The notes under the pieces were generated by a model that had not been told where the DNA came from, searched no databases, and saw nothing but the letters and a program-made list of their open reading frames with translations. From assembly GCA_012295275.1 (NCBI GenBank), contig CM022676.1:17236001-17300000 (forward strand): DNA of 64,000 nt, written 5' to 3'. This stretch comes from Chrysomallon squamiferum. Its lineage: Eukaryota; Animalia; Mollusca. Numbering within the stretch: the first letter of the stretch is position 1; every line of letters begins with the position of its first letter. Below, piece by piece: positions 57,420 to 64,000 of the stretch. A program made the position numbers and the translations under genes.

Positions 57420-59992
57420 ACTTAATGTTTAGAACTTGCAGTGTTTTGTAAAACATGCATGGAAAAGAAGAACATTTCACAGTCTACTAGACATTTTCCT
57501 TCCGTTAAATACTTCCAAGACAATTTTTTTCCAGCGTGATCGGCCCCGGAAAAAGCAAATCACTGGGACCCGTACATGCACGCATAGCCTGATTGCAGGA
57601 GTTACTTGACGCCCATGCGTAACGCCCAGTGTGCCTATACCTTAAGAGGGTACTGACTACTATATCCTGGTCTTAGTATTTAAGCAATTCACCCCCATCA
57701 TCTATTTCAAAGTTATACATTATTTCAGTTATGAGTTTAAGAATAACTATAACATTTCACTGAACGAATTTTTGAACATCATTTCTTTCTTTTATTCTTG
57801 TATTTTTGTTTAAGTAACAGCAGGACAGAAAAATACTTGTTAATTTTCGTTTCTGACTGTTTTCACTGTTCGTCCGTTCTATGATGTAATTGACAGGATT
57901 TTTGGCCGAGCTCGTGCTCCGGACGGTAACTTGGAAGTCACCAACATTCCTCGTGTGTCCACTCAGTCCAGTCTTACCGCTGATTGGCCTGCTACCTCTG
58001 TTTTAGTTTACTCTAGTCTCTCAAAGCTTTAGAGCACTGGTTTTCAAACTTTTTAATATGTATTACTGGTATCCTTTATGAGCGACCCCTTATGAGCAAC
58101 TCAGTATGACCGATGACCGCATTTAAACATTTTGATTCAATAATATCTAGAGTTACCATATTTTCATCAACCAAACACAGTACAAAAGGAATCTATATTC
58201 ACTATGACGGGTCCCAAACCTATCTAAATGGTTTTATTTATTCCTCCTTCGAAGTCAAGTTGAAACAACTCAGACATACCTTAGCCCAAGAACGATCTCG
58301 CGACGCCCAGAAATAAGGCTGGCGACCCTCCAGTTAGAAAACCTATGCTTTAGAGAAACCACCTAAAAAATAAAAAAATAACCACTGTGTATGAACGTGA
58401 GTATATACATGTGTGTGAGTGAGTGTGAGTGTGCGTGCGTGTGTGTGTTAATATCTCTCAAAGCTTAGTGAAGAAATATTTCACCTTGACATTAAAAGGA
58501 GCAGACGTATGTGAAGTGGTTTAGAGTAGTGTTTTGTCATACGCGTTCATCTAGTTCTCATTTTCCTGAGTCTTTATCTGTGAAAAAATAAGAAGAAAAA
58601 ACGCTCGTCCGATATTCTAAATCGCTCTGGAAAAGCCCCAAAAAGAAGAACAAAACAAAAATCAGCAACAACAAGAACAGACAACAACACCTCTTGCTTC
58701 TAGCAGATCTGTCCCATTTCTGCCTTTTAGCAGAGCAAAGAAAAAAAAAATAAGTAAATCAATAATTGATATAGTGACGTCTTTAATATAAAACTATTTG
58801 GTTAACAGTAATTGTAAATAATCTAGAAGGCACACATACAAATACACGCATACAATCACAATGAACTGTTCTTTTCGACGTATCATTAGAGCATTGTAGA
58901 GCTGGCTTACTTCCAGATATTGCCATCAATAATTATAAAATATATAACAACAGTTGGCTGACGTCCAAATATTATATTCATAATTAAAAAAATAATAATA
59001 ATAAAAAATACAAAATGGTTGACGTCACTTATTTAAAAGACAGATAAAAATAAACAATTAAATAACTAAATAATAATAATAATAATAATAATAATACATT
59101 TTAATTATAGAACGCATTTAGAGTGCACGAATCAAAAACCGTAAATATGACAAGATAAGTTTTGAGTTTAAATTTTAATACAACGCGACCTGTTTTAACT
59201 TATAAATGTGTATGGGCGTAAGTTATATATGTCGAGCATTTTACTGGAGAAACGTTTCTACATTTCTCTTTCTCCTATACTGTGTTATATACGGTAACCT
59301 AAAGTGAAACTAGACTTATCAGTTAATTTCGTGGAAACGTTAATGTTTACATCAACAAAAAAGTAAAAAGTCAGTGTCTATTTCATGTGAAGGAAAGCAT
59401 CTGCTGAAACTGACTACAAATGTTTGGTCTGGGTATGTAGACTTTTGTATTTCAAAACTAATTAAACACACATTTTGTTCTGTTTTCTTTCATTTCTTAT
59501 ATTATTTTTACCTTAAACTAGGAGGATACGACCTCGTCACTAAGGAGATAAACAGAGAAGAAATCACTTGATTATTAGTATCGTTGTCGTTGTTGTTGTT
59601 GTTGTTGGAACGTGTTTATAAAGAATATACACATACAATAGACAATGAATACAGACCTACATTTATACACTAAGACAAAATAAATGGCTGTGGCAATTCT
59701 ATATACAATTTGATATACTTTAAACTGACAAAACACTGTGTATTCCCTAATTTAGTGTAGATGTTTCGTTCCTTTCTTTAGGATGTCTGTGACTTCAGAC
59801 ACACAACCCATTAACAGTTAATTATTGTGTCTATTTACGAGAAATTAAAGGTCAGTAAAACAGCACTTTAGTGAAGTAGATGTATTTATATAAATACGTA
59901 TGAGATGAACATAGATAACCTCGTCTTCGTTTAACGCAAAACCCGGTTAATTGGCAGCCAAGGTATATGAGTTTAGGGTCACAAACTCAAAA
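57420..59992 (+). repeat. Right arm of ~2.6 kb inverted repeat (upstream region of ZNFX1 copy b)
   Basis: Reverse complement of 42712-45287; weaker homology continues to ~60310 against ~42465. Confidence 0.95.
58035..58347. mobile_element. hAT-type MITE, mirror copy
   Basis: Same TIRs; TSD CTTTAGAG at 58027-58034 and 58348-58355. Confidence 0.88.
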
Positions 59993-60559
59993 CCGGCTTT
60001 GAAAAAAACAAAGCTGGTTTACTTTGCACTTCGCTTTCTTCCTTGGATTTAACGGAACTTTTAATTCAAAATTTTTATACGGTCATTTCTGCAAATATAA
60101 TGTGTTTGTTTTTGTGTGCGTGTTGTTTAATATATATATATGTATGTATTGATGTGTATGCATGCATGTATATGTTTTTGTCTGTATGTATGTTTCCAAG
60201 TTATAACATATATAAAGACGGAATCCGTCAATACAATAGTGTGAAGGATAAACCAAAAGAAACTGGTTTCTGGTTTCTTTGTTTCAAATTAAACACACAT
60301 TTACATACTTCATAAATAAGGTTATATTGAAAACTATACAAACCTAAACTGAAACACAAAACATGAATTGAAACTGGGAAAAATCCATCTTGTACACAAA
60401 CACACAAAGTGAACGATTAAACATAACAGTAAAATGAAACAAATGACATAATTTAAGTTTGAAGATAAACTGAAAAGATGAAAAGATAAATTACTGGACA
60501 GGAAATAACAAATGGTAATGTGTTCAAAATACGGAGGAAAATGATTCTTACATGTAACA

Positions 60560-61062
60560 TAAGGATTTGGACTTTGAAACATTGCAGTTTGAACTGAATA
60601 AACAGAAGGATGATGACGAAAAACTGCAGTTTGAACTGAATGAATTGAAGGATGATGATGAAACACAGCTGTTTGATCATAAAAAATGAAGGAGAAGAAT
60701 GATGAAATGTTTGCTGCTTGAACTGAACAGAATTGAAGGAGAAAGACAATGAAAAATGTTGTATAAACTCAAGGATAGACAAAAACAGTTTTTCAGACTT
60801 CTGACTCAAAGAAGACTTTCGTCAATATGATGTGTGTTTGATAACAAAATTATAGCAAAGTCGTGCAGTTGCGAAGTACACACAGAACAAGTATTTAACC
60901 TTCTACTTGATGTCGAGAGATCGCTGTTTTTAGAACGCACGGTTCCGCCACTGTTGAGGGAGATATCTGCTAATTGTTCAAGCTGCTGAAAAATGTCTCT
61001 TCCATTTATAGCCGATGTTCTATCTTATTATCTCTGCGGCTTCGTTGAGGTTGCAGGATTAA
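60560..61062 (+). pseudogene. Indel-disrupted N-terminal coding region of ZNFX1-like copy b (14-aa acidic repeats, then helical ARM-like segment)
   Basis: Frame-hopping translation LQFELNKQKDDDEKLQFELNELKDDDETQ...MLYKLKDRQKQFFRLLTQRRLS...IAKSCSCEVHTEQVFNLLLDVERSLFLE; could reflect consensus errors. Confidence 0.55.
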
Positions 61063-64000
61063 CTCCCTTGTAGACGGCGCCGTTATAGTTTAAGAAAACA
61101 TGGGTTGTCTGTCCCTGAGACGATAGACATGAAAACAAAACAACTCTTAGAACTGAAAACGTCAATGACGAAAGAGGCTCAAAGGGAGAGACTAACAGCA
61201 GCAAAGAAACCGACACTTCCGAATGACTTCAGAAGAATTCCAGTGATGCCAACGTACGATGACATTTATCGCACAAACGCGCCCTTCCTTCGCAGGATGA
61301 AGGAAATAGCTGCGTACTACGATCTCCACGACTATCTCGATGTACAGTTCAGACTGTTGAGGGAAGATTTCATTCAGCCGTTGTACGAAGCCATTCATGA
61401 ATATGTGTCGTTTGACAACCATCCAGATAAGAATGGTTCTATCCGCACGTACAAAGGTGTCAGAATACTAAATTCAAAATTCAGATATGCAAAGTTCGTG
61501 CATACTGTGACATTTGACACAAGGAAACTGAAAGACATCCAGTGGGAGTACACGAAACAACTGAAATATGGTGCTCTGGTGTGTCTGTCGAGCAACGGTT
61601 TCAAAACGTTTACCATCGCAACTATTGCATCGGGGCCTGTAAAGCATCACAACAGAGGTGTAGTCACAGTTGAGATTTTTGAACAGCATGTTGTAGGCAT
61701 CACGGGAATCGATATGACGAAGCCGATGGTGATGTTGGAGACACCAGCTTACTTTGAAGCGTATCGCTACGTCTTGTCATCTCTGCAGAATATTAACAAG
61801 CTTCCGTTCGAGGAATACATTGTACACTGTACAACTGAAGTGAAACAGCCAGCCTACCTGAGAGACAAAGAAAATGTCCACTATCAATTCCAGAACAAGA
61901 CTAAGACATCTGAGGCTGAAAACAACAAAACTATTAAGAATATTTCGTGCACAACAACACTGACAAGCAGGGGAGAAGTAAAAGATACAGACAGTTTCAG
62001 TGAAGCAGCAGACGATGAGGATGAGAGCCACAATGGCGTTCCTGTTCTGAATCTGAACAAGTGGACCCAGCCAGAGACTCTGAAACTGGAGGCGGCTCAG
62101 TTCAAGGCGTTTCAACAAGCCCTGACCAAAGAATTCGTCCTCATTCAGGGCCCTCCAGGAATGGGAAAAACATACGTAGGACTAAAAATAGTAGAAACTT
62201 TACTCAGAAACAGAGACATCTGGAAAGGAGACGGAGAAAATCCCATTTTAGTTCTGTGTTATACAAATCATGCCTTGGACCAGTTCCTTGAAGGAATCCT
62301 CGAGTTTGAGAAAGAAAATCTCGTTCGAGTTGGAAAAAGAATTAAGAGTGAAAATGTTAAAAGTTATGAAATCAAGGAAATGCGGAAAAACTTTTATATT
62401 CACGGACAAAATTGCGACGAGTTGAAAACAAATTATACTGGGTATCAGGAACGTCTCCTTGGGAAAAAACAACGACATGAACTGCTATATAAAGGAATAG
62501 TGAGAAATCTGTATCTGAGAGCTCATGTTAAAGAGGCACACTACGACCAACTCTTACATAGTACTTTTAGTGAACGGTACCTACTTGTATGGCTCGGCAT
62601 ACTTATTCCTGTTCCAAGAAAAGGAAAAAATATATATACATTCCACGGCAGTTCTGAAAAATTTGATGATCATCAATGTTTAAAGCGACCAGACAACAGA
62701 AAACACTATAAATATTTGACAACTCGGTCTGATATTTTGCTCATTGACTTCGACACGGTTTTTAGAGAGATTTCACACAGTAAAAGTTCTGTTTTGATCA
62801 GAAACATGAAGTCACGGTCGAGGATGTCAGAAAGAGAAGCTGACGCAGTAGAAGATATCTGGTCACTCTCACCCAGAAATCGGTGGCGTCTTTACAGGTT
62901 GTGGGTGCAACATCTGAAAGAGCAAACTGAGTCAGAGATAGAAGAGCTGCAGGAAAGAGTCAGTGCTGCTGGAGAAACATACAGAACGGCGAAGCAGGAC
63001 GCGGACCAGAGAGTGATGAGAAGATGTTCTGTGGTAGGAATGACAACGAGTGCTGCTGCTCGTTATCAGAAGGTTTTAGAAAAAATAAAACCAAGAATCA
63101 TCATCATCGAGGAAGCTGCAGAAGTTCTGGAAGGCCACGTGATTGCATCACTGAATTCAGGATGTCAGCATCTGATTCTGATCGGAGACCATCAGCAGCT
63201 GCGACCAAGTCCCACTGTTTACGCACTCGCAAAACGATATAACCTGGAGTTATCGTTATTTGAACGAGTGGTTAACAACGGCTTGGAGTGTGTGTGTCTT
63301 GAGCAACAGCACAGAATGCGGCCCTGTATTTCCAGAATCATGAAACACATCTATCCTCATCTCAGAGATCACCCTTCTGTTGAGAATTACCCGGATGTCC
63401 TCGGTGTGTGTAGCAATGTATTTTTCATAAACCATTGTGAAAATGAAGAAAAAAATGACGAGCTCGTAAGTCATTTGAACGTGTTTGAAGCGGAATGTAT
63501 TATAGCGCTCTGTCGCTACCTCCTGAAACAAGGTTATCATCCAAAGGAAATCACAGTTTTAACTACGTATTCAGCTCAGGTCGTCTACCTTAAAAAGAAC
63601 ATGAAAGACAAAACATTTTTAGGTGTCACTGTCACAGATGTTGACAATTACCAAGGAGAGGAGAATGACATCATACTGCTGTCTTTGGTACGCAGCAATC
63701 TGGAGGGGAGTATTGGCTTTCTGAAAACAGACAACCGAGTGTGTGTAGCTCTTTCCAGAGCTAGAATGGGACTTTACGTGATACGAAACTTTACCCTGCT
63801 CGGTCAACACAGTAAATTATGGGAAACTATTATTGACGATTTGAAATCGACCGACCAACTGGGAAATGCTCTTGGTCTTTATTGTCAAAATCACGTCAAT
63901 CACGAAGGAGTAAAAGCTGCGAAAGCAGAAGATTTCCGTTTGGTTCCTGAAGGACGCTGCAGAAAGCAGTGCACGTACAGACTGAACTGTGGTCACGTGT
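61063..64000 (+). CDS. ZNFX1: ZNFX1-like copy b, main exon, runs off the window (absent from the ORF track because it has no stop)
   Basis: Manually translated without stops from 61063 (ATG 61129): YLDVQFRLLREDF, IQGPPGMGKT, CYTNHALDQFLE, IIIEEAAEV, IGDHQQLRP, YQGEENDII, VALSRAR, first CGH finger. Confidence 0.95.

Noticed and set aside
59374-59571. ORF duplicated in both arms (also 43133-43399)
   Set aside because: Conservation only reflects arm identity; non-ATG start and no motifs.

Overview
AT-rich, intron-containing animal genomic DNA with many microsatellites and two 200-N scaffold gaps (2779-2978, 45288-45487). An invertebrate, plausibly a mollusc, is inferred from gene content and is not proven. 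The window looks like an innate-immunity island. (1) On + (3183-31060) 30 exons with clean AG/GT junctions assemble into a type I membrane receptor: 10 group-A SRCR domains, (Ig-Ig-FN3)x2, a TM helix and a tail with two YxxL motifs. One SRCR exon is frameshifted, an inverted pseudo-exon lies next to it, and no signal-peptide exon was found. (2) Two divergently oriented ZNFX1-like SF1 helicase genes: - strand 35576-41836 and + strand ~60560 to beyond 64000. Their upstream regions form a ~2.6 kb near-perfect inverted repeat whose left arm ends at a gap, so it is either a real palindrome or a haplotype/assembly artefact. (3) The spacer holds a disrupted Ig-Ig-mucin gene, an ISL2EU-like transposon relic and a truncated PCSK7-like pseudogene. 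Also present are a Gmr1-like Gypsy relic, a hAT MITE and several minisatellites. All calls come from manual translation and motif recognition; no database searches were run.
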